DNA from: Pseudobdellovibrionaceae bacterium
GTDB taxonomy: Bacteria; Bdellovibrionota; Bdellovibrionia; Bdellovibrionales; Bdellovibrionaceae
DNA: 52,709 nt
Direction: 5' to 3'
Assembly (NCBI GenBank): GCA_041288045.1
Contig: JBGGMM010000209.1
Coordinates: forward strand, 1-52,709
The position numbers and the translations under genes were made by a program. Under the pieces are notes generated by a model. The model worked only from the letters and a program-made list of their open reading frames with translations. It was not told the DNA's origin and ran no database searches. The stretch's first letter is position 1; every line of letters starts with the position of its first letter. Shown here in pieces: positions 10,889 to 20,626 of this stretch.

Positions 10889-12454
10889 TTACCTCGCCAT
10901 TTCAACAGAGCGAGTTTCACGCACCACGGCCACTTTGACCTGACCCAAATGCGGCATCTCACGCTCGATTTTACGAGCGATATCACGAGACAGCATCAGA
11001 GTTTGATCATCGGTGACTTTGGAAGCTTCAACAATCACTCGGACCTCTTTACCAGCTTGCACTGCAAAGGTCTTTAAGACGCCATCAAAGCTATTGCCGA
11101 TGCTCTCAAGGTCCTGCAGACGATTGATGTAATTGTCCATTCCGGGACGCCGAGCTCCTGGTCGAGAGTTGGAAAGAATGTTCGCAGCTTGCACAATGTG
11201 AGCGATCATCGAATTCGGTTGCTCATCATTGTGATGGGCGCGAATGGCATGGCAAACGCCTTCGCTCTCACCAAATTTTTTGGCAAATTCAGCACCGACA
11301 AGGGCGTGATTGCCATCCACTGTGTGGTCGAGGCCTTTACCAATATCATGCAAAAGCCCAGCACGACGGGCGAGCTTGACGTTGCCACCCACTTCGGTGG
11401 CCATGAGACCGGCTAGGTAAGCGACTTCCATCGAGTGATTCAAAAGATTTTGCGTGTGAGTGTGGCGGTATTTCAAGCTTCCCAGGACTTTGACAATTTC
11501 TGGATGCAAATTGGTGATTCCCAATTCCACCAAAACTTTTTCGCCTTCTTCTTTGATGGATTTGGTGAGCTCGACCCGCATTTTTTCCACCACTTCTTCA
11601 ATTCGAGCCGGATGCACGCGGCCGTCTTCCATCAATTTTTCCAAAGTGCGCTTGGCAAGCTCGCGGCGAACTGGATCAAAACCTGAAATCACCACCGCTT
11701 CTGGAGTGTCATCGACGATCAAATCGACGCCGCACAAAGCTTCGAGAGTGCGAATGTTTCGCCCTTCGCGTCCGATGATTTTCCCTTTCATCTCATCGCT
11801 GGGAAGAGACAGGACACTGACAGTGCGCTCGGAAGTGTATTCGCCGGCAAAGCGGGCCAGGGCAATCGATAGAATGCGCTTGGATCTGGTAGTCGCTTCA
11901 GATTCGGCTTGCTTTTCGATTTCATCGATTTTGCGGGCCGCTGCCAATTTGGCGGATTCTTCAAGAGCAGAGAACAGTTCGCGCTTGGCTTCATCCGGGG
12001 TCATTCCACCCACTGAGCCCAGTTTTTGCCGAAGTTCTTGAAGCTCCTGTTCGGCTTTGGTTTCAAGCTCTTTGCTTCGATGCTCAGCAATTGCGATTTT
12101 TTCTTCGCGATCTTTCAGAGTTTGAATGAATCTGTCGTTTTCCTCGAGCTTTTGCTTGAGCTGCTCATCGACTTCTTTCAGTCGGCGCTCGAGTTGAGAC
12201 TCTTGGTTTTTCAATTTGGATTTTTGCTTTTGAATGTCGGATTCGACATTCTTTCGTGCCCGGGATTCGAAATCCTTGGCTCGGGTTTTTGAATCCTTAT
12301 CGATTTTGGCGGCTTCGGATTTGGCGCGATTGACGATTCGATCGGCCTCAACGCGGGCCGATCGCTTTTTGGCTTCATCCTGCATTTTCTTGATGTAGAA
12401 AACACCGAATCCACCGACGATCAAACCCACTAGAACTGAAATCAAGACTTCCAT
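10889..12454 (-). CDS. rny: Ribonuclease Y
   Basis: N-terminal TM helix, coiled coil, KH (KGKIIGREGRNIR), HD (LLHDIGK), RPGAR, typical C-terminus RETRSVEMAR. Confidence 0.95.
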   Translation of the reverse strand: MEVLISVLVGLIVGGFGVFYIKKMQDEAKKRSARVEADRIVNRAKSEAAKIDKDSKTRAKDFESRARKNVESDIQKQKSKLKNQESQLERRLKEVDEQLKQKLEENDRFIQTLKDREEKIAIAEHRSKELETKAEQELQELRQKLGSVGGMTPDEAKRELFSALEESAKLAAARKIDEIEKQAESEATTRSKRILSIALARFAGEYTSERTVSVLSLPSDEMKGKIIGREGRNIRTLEALCGVDLIVDDTPEAVVISGFDPVRRELAKRTLEKLMEDGRVHPARIEEVVEKMRVELTKSIKEEGEKVLVELGITNLHPEIVKVLGSLKYRHTHTQNLLNHSMEVAYLAGLMATEVGGNVKLARRAGLLHDIGKGLDHTVDGNHALVGAEFAKKFGESEGVCHAIRAHHNDEQPNSMIAHIVQAANILSNSRPGARRPGMDNYINRLQDLESIGNSFDGVLKTFAVQAGKEVRVIVEASKVTDDQTLMLSRDIARKIEREMPHLGQVKVAVVRETRSVEMAR

Positions 12455-12467
12455 ATTTTACCTATCT

Positions 12468-13022
12468 TCAAACTTTTCCAATTTTCACAACACCCTTCTC
12501 GGTGGCGAGCCATTTCATTTTCACATCCCAAGCATCCTTGGGGAGCTCATCCACGACCAGAGAAGAGAAACTAATCCCTACGGTTTCACCAGCATAATTG
12601 GCTAAAGCTTGATCGTAATAGCCTTTGCCTTTGCCGATGCGCCCCCCTTTTTGATCAAATCCCAAACCCGGAACCAAGAATCCGGAAATTTCTTTCACAG
12701 AAATTTCTCGGGCTCCCTCAGGCACTGGCTCGAGAATCCCAAAAGCCGCAGTTTCAAATCCGGCTTTGGGCTCAAAAAAGTGAAGCTTGCCATTCATCAC
12801 TCGTGGATAAACCCACAGGATGTTTGGCACTTTTGGCAGAAGTTGGACGAGAGAAATTTCAGAATCGAGGGCCTGGTACAAACACCAGTCCCCGCTTTGG
12901 CTTTTCAGAAACTGACTCAAATGCTCGATGAGCTGATGAGTTTTTTCTTCTTTTTCTTCGAGCTGGGCAAAACGAGTTTTCAGCTCTTTCCGCCACTTGG
13001 CTTTTATGCCTCTTGATTCTAT
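12468..13022 (-). CDS. ygfA: 5-formyltetrahydrofolate cyclo-ligase (start uncertain)
   Basis: FGILEP, LVPGLGFDQKGGRIGKGKGYYD, WDVKM. The frame stays open upstream of the TTG at 12920 and encodes the expected basic N-helix KAKWRKELKTRF; ATA at 13022 is proposed as start. Confidence 0.85.
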   Translation of the reverse strand: MESRGIKAKWRKELKTRFAQLEEKEEKTHQLIEHLSQFLKSQSGDWCLYQALDSEISLVQLLPKVPNILWVYPRVMNGKLHFFEPKAGFETAAFGILEPVPEGAREISVKEISGFLVPGLGFDQKGGRIGKGKGYYDQALANYAGETVGISFSSLVVDELPKDAWDVKMKWLATEKGVVKIGKV

Positions 13023-13336
13023 ACGTTCAATCCCTGCCGGGTGATCTTAGAGTTCTCAAGGCTGTCAGAAAGTTTCAGAGTTTTTTCTTCTAAAATCTCC
13101 AGCTCTCGTTGAGCTTTTCTTTTCAGAAGAATCAGTTCTTCAGCAATATTCAGCGCCGCTAGGACGGCGGCACTTTGAAACGAACCCGATTTTGTCACTG
13201 TGAGCGCTTCTTTGACTTTGCGATCGACGTAATCGACCAGCTCTTGAACAGTGGCTTCGTCATGCAAGGATTTGAGCTTGTATGGCAAACCCGCAATTTG
13301 AAATTCGTAAGTTGTTTTATCTTTCAAATTCGACAT
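13019..13336 (-). CDS. zapA: Cell division protein ZapA
   Basis: YEFQIAGLPYKL...LVDYVDRKV...AVLAALNIAEEL; conserved position before ygfA-rny. Confidence 0.9.
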   Translation of the reverse strand: MSNLKDKTTYEFQIAGLPYKLKSLHDEATVQELVDYVDRKVKEALTVTKSGSFQSAAVLAALNIAEELILLKRKAQRELEILEEKTLKLSDSLENSKITRQGLNV

Positions 13337-13488
13337 GACTCTATATTGGTTGAGGTCATTTCATTAAATCTCTGAAATTCTTCAGCCTTTAAGCCTTAAA
13401 TTCCAACATCACGCTCAACCAGTATAGAGCACAATAACCCTGAATCAAGTCAGATCCATGACTTAGGGCAATAAGCAGCTTTTCAGAA

Positions 13489-13857
13489 TTATCGAATGCG
13501 CGTTTTGACTTTGTAAGCCCCAGTGGATTGGCAAACGGTCTCGGATTGTGCGTTTTTAGAGCAGTTTGGGCTGTTGCAAGTGATGGAGATCACCTGGTTG
13601 CCGTCTTTGTTCATTTCTTTGATCTCTTTTTTCCAATCATCGCATTCTTTTTTCCAAGAAGTGCGCGCCGTCTTGGTTAAAACTTCAGGTTCACCGGCGA
13701 TTTCGGCGGATCCTTCAGTGATTCGCCATTCGTTCTCATTCACCTTTTCTTTCGAGATGGTGATGGTTGTATCAGCTTCCGTTGGAATGTCTTTGATGGC
13801 TGCTGTTTGTGCAAAGACAGATGATGCCATGAACATCATCAAAACGAATGTTTTCAT
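13489..13857 (-). CDS. Small secreted hypothetical protein with four Cys
   Basis: SD GAGG, signal peptide MKTFVLMMFMASSVFA; fills the ftsY-zapA gap. Confidence 0.75.
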   Translation of the reverse strand: MKTFVLMMFMASSVFAQTAAIKDIPTEADTTITISKEKVNENEWRITEGSAEIAGEPEVLTKTARTSWKKECDDWKKEIKEMNKDGNQVISITCNSPNCSKNAQSETVCQSTGAYKVKTRIR

Positions 13858-13865
13858 AGTGGACC

Positions 13866-14987
13866 TCACAGAATGGATTCCACAAATTCTTTCGCAGAAA
13901 AAGGCCGGAGGTCACCAATTTTTTCGCCAACTCCAATAAAACGAATAGGGACCTTGAGCTCGTGTGCCAAGCCCACGGCCACTCCGCCTTTGGCGGTGCC
14001 GTCCATTTTAGTGAGAACCACGCCGGTCAGTTGCAGAGCTTGATTGAATTCTCGTGCTTGCACCAAAGCATTCTGGCCTGAGTTCGCATCCAGCACGATC
14101 AGGACTTCATGCGGCGCATCTGGAATCACTTTGGTGATCACTCGTTTCATTTTTTTCAGCTCTTCCATCAAATTGGCCTGAGTGTGTAGACGGCCTGCTG
14201 TATCAACAATGACCACATCGTAGCCCTTGGCTTTGGCATGTGAGACGGCATCAAAAGCAACAGCAGAGGGGTCGGTCACACCCGGGGGTGAGAAGATTTC
14301 GACTTGGGCTCTTTCGGTCCAAGTTTTCAACTGGCTGCCGGCCGCTGCTCGGAAAGTGTCCCCAGCTGCGACCAAAACTTTGCGGCCCGAGAAGGCCAAG
14401 TGCGCCGCGATTTTTCCAATCGAGGTGGTTTTGCCTGTGCCGTTGACTCCGACAATCATCCAAACCGAGGGATGAGAAGACAAATGCATGTAGGCCATGG
14501 TGTTTTCATCATGCGGTTCTTGGATATGGGCTTTTTCGAAAATTTCTTCGAATTCCGTGCGCAGAGCCGACTTGATGGCTTCGAGATTGTTTTTCTCACC
14601 CCGAGAAAGTTGCTCTTTCACTGCTCCCATCAGGCGATCGACTGTGAGCGGGCCTAGGTCACTGGTGTAGAGGACCTCTTCGATCTCCTCGAAATTTTTT
14701 TTTTGCAAATCACCGGTGAAAATCTCTTTGATCCGACCCAAGAGATTTTTTTCGGTCGGAGCCAGAGCCTGCCGCAAAGTGGTTGAAGGACGCAGCATCT
14801 CTTCTTCATCGAGAGATTCCTTGCGTGCCTCCACATCCATGGCCACTTGCGGACCGGATTCCTCGGCAGGAACTTCGGGGAGTCTTCGTTTTCTGAGACT
14901 GGCGACGAGAACGCCGACCATCACAAAAACCAAAAGACCAATCACAGTGATCATCACCAACATTGCATTAGAACTCTCGGCCGTCAT
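13866..14987 (-). CDS. ftsY: Signal recognition particle receptor FtsY
   Basis: GVNGTGKTTSIGK, DTFRAAA, DTAGRL, TKMDGTAKGG, FIGVGE; hydrophobic N-terminal helix. Confidence 0.96.
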   Translation of the reverse strand: MTAESSNAMLVMITVIGLLVFVMVGVLVASLRKRRLPEVPAEESGPQVAMDVEARKESLDEEEMLRPSTTLRQALAPTEKNLLGRIKEIFTGDLQKKNFEEIEEVLYTSDLGPLTVDRLMGAVKEQLSRGEKNNLEAIKSALRTEFEEIFEKAHIQEPHDENTMAYMHLSSHPSVWMIVGVNGTGKTTSIGKIAAHLAFSGRKVLVAAGDTFRAAAGSQLKTWTERAQVEIFSPPGVTDPSAVAFDAVSHAKAKGYDVVIVDTAGRLHTQANLMEELKKMKRVITKVIPDAPHEVLIVLDANSGQNALVQAREFNQALQLTGVVLTKMDGTAKGGVAVGLAHELKVPIRFIGVGEKIGDLRPFSAKEFVESIL

Positions 14988-15303
14988 CGGGTGCCTCCGG
15001 AATAGAATTTGGTTTTAACACTCGGGACTGGGAATTAGACAAGCAAGTTTCAAATCCCGGCTCGCCTTTTTTGATCATATTATTTTGAGCGTCAATACAA
15101 ACCGTCTTTTGCGGAATCAGATTCGTCGTTTGCCGCTTTCCCGGCGTCGGCACATCCTGGAACTGATTCATGTCGATGTCCCCACGAGACGCCGGCACCT
15201 TCTGCTCCTGACCCTGTGAGTTCTCAGGAGCCGCCCAAGCCGTCATCGCCTGTGGAGTGCATTGAATCAGGAAAAGAAAAAGAACTTCAAATCGTTTGAA
15301 CAT
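14968..15303 (-). CDS. Small hypothetical protein, probably exported
   Basis: SD AAGGAG before ATG 15303; hydrophobic N-terminus ending AWAA; overlaps the ftsY start. Confidence 0.6.
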   Translation of the reverse strand: MFKRFEVLFLFLIQCTPQAMTAWAAPENSQGQEQKVPASRGDIDMNQFQDVPTPGKRQTTNLIPQKTVCIDAQNNMIKKGEPGFETCLSNSQSRVLKPNSIPEAPDDGREF

Positions 15304-15480
15304 TTGAGCTCCTTTCAGCCGGGCCAAAAAGGCCCTCCTCTCTGTGAAACCAAAGCTTGGCAGGAAAGGCAAGGTTTGGGTGAAGAAGCCAAAATTGCCG
15401 CGCATTGCTTGAAGCAAAAAAGGGATTGATTTCCGCGAGGGGCAAAGCCTTGCATTCTGAAGCACCGCCCATCTGAATTT

Positions 15481-15570
15481 CACTTGCCAGACGACCACGA
15501 TGGTCGTCTGGAAGCCTTCACACGGACGGACCCACTCACGCTTACCCTCGTCACAGCTGTGCTCGAGACC
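15481..15570 (+). repeat. Dispersed structured repeat, copy 2 (5' half only)
   Basis: CACTTGCCAGACGACCACGATGGTCGTCTGGAAGCCTTC is identical to copy 4; abuts the stop codon of the ABC permease. Confidence 0.9.
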
Positions 15571-16641
15571 CTAAGCCTCGCGCTGATTCCGATCCAAACT
15601 CACAGCTAGAATAATAATCAAACCCTTGAGCACCATCTGATAAAAACTAGAAACTCCAAGCAGATCCATCCCATTATTCAGCGTCGCCATCATCAACGCT
15701 CCAATCAAACTTCCAAGCACAGATCCAGATCCACCCTTGAGACTTACACCACCGATCACAACCGCAGCAATCGCATCGAGCTCATAGAGCTGACCCGCAT
15801 TCGGATCCGCCCCATTCAATCGACCCGTCAGCAGAAAAGCCGCAAGCCCAGCATAAAGCCCCATCAAAGTGTAAACCGCGATTTTGACTTTCTGAATCGG
15901 CACACCCGCCCAGTAAGCGGCTTTTTCATTGGAGCCCAAAGCATAAATACCCCGGCCCAAAACTGTTTTATTCAGCAAGACCCAAGTCACCACCACAATC
16001 GCCAACAGAAAAAGAGCAAGATAAGGAAATCCGCGGTAAGTGAAAAAGCTATAGCTGAAAATCCCCAAAGCAATCAGTGGGAAAAGCGAATTCCAAAACT
16101 GAGATCTTTGCTGCCACAAATGGCGAAGGAAAAAAAGAAGAACAACTCCAAGCAGCACCCACGTAATGACTTCCGAAAAATACCCACTGGCCAGATTATT
16201 AAGCCCCTCACTCATTGGCGAGATGCTAGACCCGCCTGAGAAAATCAAAGCAAGGCCTCTGGCAATAACCATCATCCCCAGCGTGATCACAAATGGCGCA
16301 AGCCTCAGTGTCGAAATCAAAAGTCCATTGATCAACCCAAGCCCCGTCCCGGCCGCAAGAGCGATGAGAATGGAGACTTCCAGACTATGTCCCCACATCA
16401 CTTGCGACAGGCCTACCAAAATTCCACAGAGCGCCACCACACTGCCAATCGAAAGATCAATCCCACCAGTCAAAATCACCATGGTCATACCAGCAGCCAG
16501 AATCCCGTTCAAAGTCGCTTGTCTGAGAAGATTCGTCAGGTTCCGTGGGGAGAGAAAATCGCCGCCAGTCCAAATGGTCAGCACCACGCCCAAAACAAAA
16601 AATCCGATCCAAGCGCCGTTTTGCCGCCAAAAATTTTTCAT
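15571..16641 (-). CDS. Monosaccharide ABC transporter permease (XylH/RbsC-like)
   Basis: ILTGGIDLSIGS, PFVITLG, ELDAIAAVVIGGVSLKGGSG; multiple TM helices. Confidence 0.93.
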   Translation of the reverse strand: MKNFWRQNGAWIGFFVLGVVLTIWTGGDFLSPRNLTNLLRQATLNGILAAGMTMVILTGGIDLSIGSVVALCGILVGLSQVMWGHSLEVSILIALAAGTGLGLINGLLISTLRLAPFVITLGMMVIARGLALIFSGGSSISPMSEGLNNLASGYFSEVITWVLLGVVLLFFLRHLWQQRSQFWNSLFPLIALGIFSYSFFTYRGFPYLALFLLAIVVVTWVLLNKTVLGRGIYALGSNEKAAYWAGVPIQKVKIAVYTLMGLYAGLAAFLLTGRLNGADPNAGQLYELDAIAAVVIGGVSLKGGSGSVLGSLIGALMMATLNNGMDLLGVSSFYQMVLKGLIIILAVSLDRNQREA

Positions 16642-18155
16642 TTGCTCCCCTGCCCCAAGGCCCACTTCATGATGACCTCTTCGTGAAATTCAGATCGATT
16701 CAGTTCTTTTTGCAGTTTGCCGTGGCTCATCACCAAAATACGATCACTCATGGCCATCAACTCTGGCAAATCCGAGCTCACCAAAAGAATGGATTTCCCT
16801 TGAGCGACCCAAGCCTGCATCATTTGATAAATTTCAAATTTCGCGCCCACATCCACACCCCTGGTGGGCTCATCCAAAATCAGAACTTCCGGTGCATTTT
16901 GCAAAACCCGAGTAAAAATCACTTTCTGCTGATTGCCCCCACTGAGATCAGTGATTTTCTGAGCTTCCGAATGAAATCGGGTTTTCAGCGCTTTCAGATC
17001 CTTTTCCGTACGCTCAGCTTCAGCTTTTTCTTTCACCCAAGAAAAAAGAGATTTCTGCGAAAGCCTGAGGACCCCACAATTCTCTGTGAGCGATCGACTG
17101 GGCAGCAGACTCTGATGTTTCCGATCTTCCGGCACCAATCCCCATCCCTGCTGGTAAGAGCTTCGAAGGTGTTTCCAAGAAGGCATTTGCCCTTGATACT
17201 TGATCGCACCTGATGATTGGTAGAGCGAATCCCCCGCCAGAGCTTGCAGAATTTCACTGCGCCCAGCACCCAGAAGACCACCAAACCCAAGGATCTCACC
17301 TTTTTTGAGATGAAAACTCAGCGGACCCAATTTCAGGTTCGTGGATTTTTGATGAGCGACGAAATCTTTCACTTCCAGCACAGTTTCGTTTTTCACAGCA
17401 CTTTGCTTTTCGGGAAACATATTCTCAAGACTGCGACCCACCATCTGCTGAATCAATTGCGCTTCCGTGATTTTGGAAATCTCGGAGCTTGCCACACTCT
17501 GACCGTCGCGAAGCACGCAGACCCGATCTGCAAGAGCGAAAATCTCTTCCATGCGGTGAGAAATATAAATCAGCCCACAGCCTTTGCTCTTGAGATCTTT
17601 GAGAATCGCAAACAGCTTTTGGCTTTCCCTATTTGTCAGTGAGGAGGTCGGCTCATCCAGTACCAGCACTTTTGAATTTCTCGAAAGTGCTTTGGCAATT
17701 TCCACCACTTGCTGTTGTCCCACACTGAGTGAAGACATTTTCTGCTGCGGAGAAAAATCCGCATCTAACTGCTTGAGCCAATGCTGGGCTTTTTCAAAAA
17801 TTTCTTTCTGCTTCAGCCAGCCCTTTTTGGCAGGCCAGTGTCCCACGACCATGTTTTCAGCTACAGTGAGATCCGGAAAAGTCGAGAGCTCTTGATGAAT
17901 GAGCGAAATCCCCGCCGCTTCTGAATCTTTGGGCGAAGCGAATTGAGCGCTTTGGCCGGAAACTTGGATTGTGCCTTTGAATTCTTTGTGCGGGTAAACG
18001 CCACTGAGAACTTTCATCAAAGTGGATTTCCCGGCACCGTTTTCACCCACCAAAGCCAGGATTTCCCCTGGCTTCAGATTCAGACTGACGTCTTTAAGGG
18101 CTTGAACAGGGCCGAAGGATTTCGATATTCCCTTCAGCTCAATCAATGAGGACAA
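16638..18155 (-). CDS. Monosaccharide ABC transporter ATP-binding protein (XylG-like, two ABC domains)
   Basis: GENGAGKST, LDEPTSSL, YISHRMEE, LSGGNQQK, LDEPTRGVDVGAK. Confidence 0.95.
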   Translation of the reverse strand: MSSLIELKGISKSFGPVQALKDVSLNLKPGEILALVGENGAGKSTLMKVLSGVYPHKEFKGTIQVSGQSAQFASPKDSEAAGISLIHQELSTFPDLTVAENMVVGHWPAKKGWLKQKEIFEKAQHWLKQLDADFSPQQKMSSLSVGQQQVVEIAKALSRNSKVLVLDEPTSSLTNRESQKLFAILKDLKSKGCGLIYISHRMEEIFALADRVCVLRDGQSVASSEISKITEAQLIQQMVGRSLENMFPEKQSAVKNETVLEVKDFVAHQKSTNLKLGPLSFHLKKGEILGFGGLLGAGRSEILQALAGDSLYQSSGAIKYQGQMPSWKHLRSSYQQGWGLVPEDRKHQSLLPSRSLTENCGVLRLSQKSLFSWVKEKAEAERTEKDLKALKTRFHSEAQKITDLSGGNQQKVIFTRVLQNAPEVLILDEPTRGVDVGAKFEIYQMMQAWVAQGKSILLVSSDLPELMAMSDRILVMSHGKLQKELNRSEFHEEVIMKWALGQGSK

Positions 18156-18156
18156 A

Positions 18157-19140
18157 TTATTTCCCCATCACCATTTCTTTGCTGTGAAATTGCGTTTTGA
18201 AAATCCGCTCTTCCAAATTGTCTTTGGTGATTCCATAAACGGGAGTGGAAATGCTCGCCACTTTAAAGGTACCGCTGGTCACAGTTTGAGTGGACTTTGG
18301 TGTTTTGCCTTGAGCCAAATCAAAGGCCACTCGAGCTGCCGTTTGTGCCAGAGGAGCAATTTCTTTGAGAACTTCAAATTGCTGGCGACCGGCCACAATG
18401 TCTTTGATCGCAGCTAAATCCGCATCGGCCCCAGCGACAAAAACCTTACCTGCAAGTCCCTGCTCACTGAGAGCTTGAACTGCTCCTCGAGCCATCCCCG
18501 AATTGTTGGCGATCACAGCCTGAATATTATTTTTAGTTTGAGTCAGAGCATTTTCAACAGTGGCCATCGCTAAGCTTGAGCTCCAACCTTCGTGGCTCTT
18601 TTTCGCCACCACTTTGATATTTGGATATTTGCTCAAAACACTTTCCACACCGCGAGTGATTTCGTTGGCAACCGAGTGTCCGGCTTGACCCAAAAGAAGA
18701 ACGTAATTGCCCTTGCCACCAGTGGCTTTCACAGCCGCTTCCGCTTGAAGAACACCGACCTGGAAAGAATCCATGGTCACATAAAAATCAACCGGAGCAT
18801 TTGAAATCATGCGGTCATAAGCCACCACAGGAACTTTGTCTTCGTGAGCTGCTTTCACCAAATTGGCCGCAGCTTCAGAATTCACCGGCTGAATAATCAA
18901 AGCCTTCACACCTTGAGAGAGAAGATTTTCAACTTTGGCGGATTGAGTCTGCGGATTGTTATCAGCAGAAACCACAATCGGCTCAAATCCCAATTTCTTG
19001 GCTTCTTCGATAAAGTATTTTTGATCTTTCTGGTAGCGCTCTTCTTGCAGAGTGGAAAGCACCAAACCGATTTTTACCGGTCCAGCTGCAACAGCGGCGA
19101 AAGCTGAGAAAAAAGAAATGAGTAACATCAAGGCTTTCAT
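18157..19140 (-). CDS. Monosaccharide ABC transporter substrate-binding protein (XylF/ChvE-like)
   Basis: Signal peptide; IGLVLSTLQEERYQKD, VVAYDRMI, VAGADADLAAIKDI. Confidence 0.9.
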   Translation of the reverse strand: MKALMLLISFFSAFAAVAAGPVKIGLVLSTLQEERYQKDQKYFIEEAKKLGFEPIVVSADNNPQTQSAKVENLLSQGVKALIIQPVNSEAAANLVKAAHEDKVPVVAYDRMISNAPVDFYVTMDSFQVGVLQAEAAVKATGGKGNYVLLLGQAGHSVANEITRGVESVLSKYPNIKVVAKKSHEGWSSSLAMATVENALTQTKNNIQAVIANNSGMARGAVQALSEQGLAGKVFVAGADADLAAIKDIVAGRQQFEVLKEIAPLAQTAARVAFDLAQGKTPKSTQTVTSGTFKVASISTPVYGITKDNLEERIFKTQFHSKEMVMGK

Positions 19141-20507
19141 GGTTGTTCTCCTTTGTTTTCAATGAATTTGATTTTATCAAGAGTCAGTTTTCGGGCCCAA
19201 TGAGCCGTCAGCACGGCCGAGTAATTCCAAGTCAAATCTGCCGCCGAATTCATAAAGCCCGTTTCTCGATTGATTTGTTCGGAAAGAGAACCATCAGGAT
19301 AGCTGTGAAACTGAACTCGCTGAACGAATTGGTCTCCCCGCTTGAGCCAGCGCTGTGTTTTCTGACGATCCTGCCCGGCCCATCTCTCGGCCTGTTTGTA
19401 GCAGTATTCGGCCGCAGCCAGAGTTGTCAGAACCCAAGGATTTCCAGCATTGAAATGCGTGCCGCCATAGAGATCCTCTGGATAACGACCCAGAGCCGGT
19501 CCTAAATTTTCATAATGCGAATTGATGCGATAAAGGCTTGCGAAGCGGGAAACCATTCGTTCGAAAGTGCTTTGCACTTGTGAGTTTCCAACAGTGTAAA
19601 ATGAATCCCATTCACCATGCAAAACACCCAACAAAACAGCTGCGTCCAGAGCTGAGTTTTTGTAATTCACTCCCTCTTTCCAACGAAGAGTGACATCAAT
19701 CTGTTGAGTGTCGGGGTTCCAGTGTTTGCTAATTTCCTGTTCAAGCTCAGAAGCCTGCTCATAATACCAACGAGCCGCCGCTTCATCATGCAACCTCTGA
19801 GCAAGTCTGGCTCCCGCGAGCAGCGCTCTTCGCTGAACCATGCGAGTGTAGAAATGATCGCCTCGGACCTCTTCCCAGAGATCAAAACTGGATTCTCGCC
19901 AATGGTGAGACACATATTCAAGATCCGCTTTGATCACAGTCTGAGCCGGCAATCCTGAAGAGTACAGCCAAGCGTTCACAAACTGAGAATCACCTTGATC
20001 AAGAAGCATCTGTGCCCAGTCACTCAATACAGCGGCGCGAAGGGCTGGGCCGTCATTTTGTGGACGCCCCCAGGGCCCTTGAAAAACATGGCCATTCACT
20101 TCAAAAATCGGCTCGCCCAAGCCAGTGATCGAGGTGGTCAATTGATTTTGACGAGAGAAAAAAGTGAAGTCTTTGAGATGCTTTTCCCAAAGCGCTCTCT
20201 GTCCCTGATTGGGAGCTTGTTGCCAAAGCCGCAAGACCACATCCATCGTCAAAGCGGCGTCGCGCACCCAATGACGAAAGTAATTGGGATTTTCTTTTTG
20301 CGGCGAAGCGATCACCACTCCAGCCACAGTGCCTGCAGGTGAAATATTTTGATTGAGTTTGGATTGCGCCAGTTCCGCTTCTTTTTGCAACCAGTCCGCT
20401 GGTCTGAGTAAAGGCTCACGATAGATGCTTAAAACCGGATCGGCTTCCGAAGCCCAAGCGCCTGACGTCACAAAGAAAATGACAAAAAAACGAAAGAAAA
20501 ATTTCAT
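19137..20507 (-). CDS. Secreted glucoamylase, glycoside hydrolase family 15
   Basis: WVRDAALT, GLGEPIF, WGRPQNDGPALRA, DLWEE, GRYPEDLY, GNPW, LSEQINR, DLTWNY; signal peptide from ATG 20507. Confidence 0.92.
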   Translation of the reverse strand: MKFFFRFFVIFFVTSGAWASEADPVLSIYREPLLRPADWLQKEAELAQSKLNQNISPAGTVAGVVIASPQKENPNYFRHWVRDAALTMDVVLRLWQQAPNQGQRALWEKHLKDFTFFSRQNQLTTSITGLGEPIFEVNGHVFQGPWGRPQNDGPALRAAVLSDWAQMLLDQGDSQFVNAWLYSSGLPAQTVIKADLEYVSHHWRESSFDLWEEVRGDHFYTRMVQRRALLAGARLAQRLHDEAAARWYYEQASELEQEISKHWNPDTQQIDVTLRWKEGVNYKNSALDAAVLLGVLHGEWDSFYTVGNSQVQSTFERMVSRFASLYRINSHYENLGPALGRYPEDLYGGTHFNAGNPWVLTTLAAAEYCYKQAERWAGQDRQKTQRWLKRGDQFVQRVQFHSYPDGSLSEQINRETGFMNSAADLTWNYSAVLTAHWARKLTLDKIKFIENKGEQP

Positions 20508-20626
20508 CCTAATGATGTGCCGGAGGGTGACAGTGAGAGGCAACAAAAATTGCTGAGAACCACAGAGCATCAACTCTAATGAAGCGCTTGAAATTTCAGC
20601 AATGCCGGAAATTGTTCCAAAATTCC

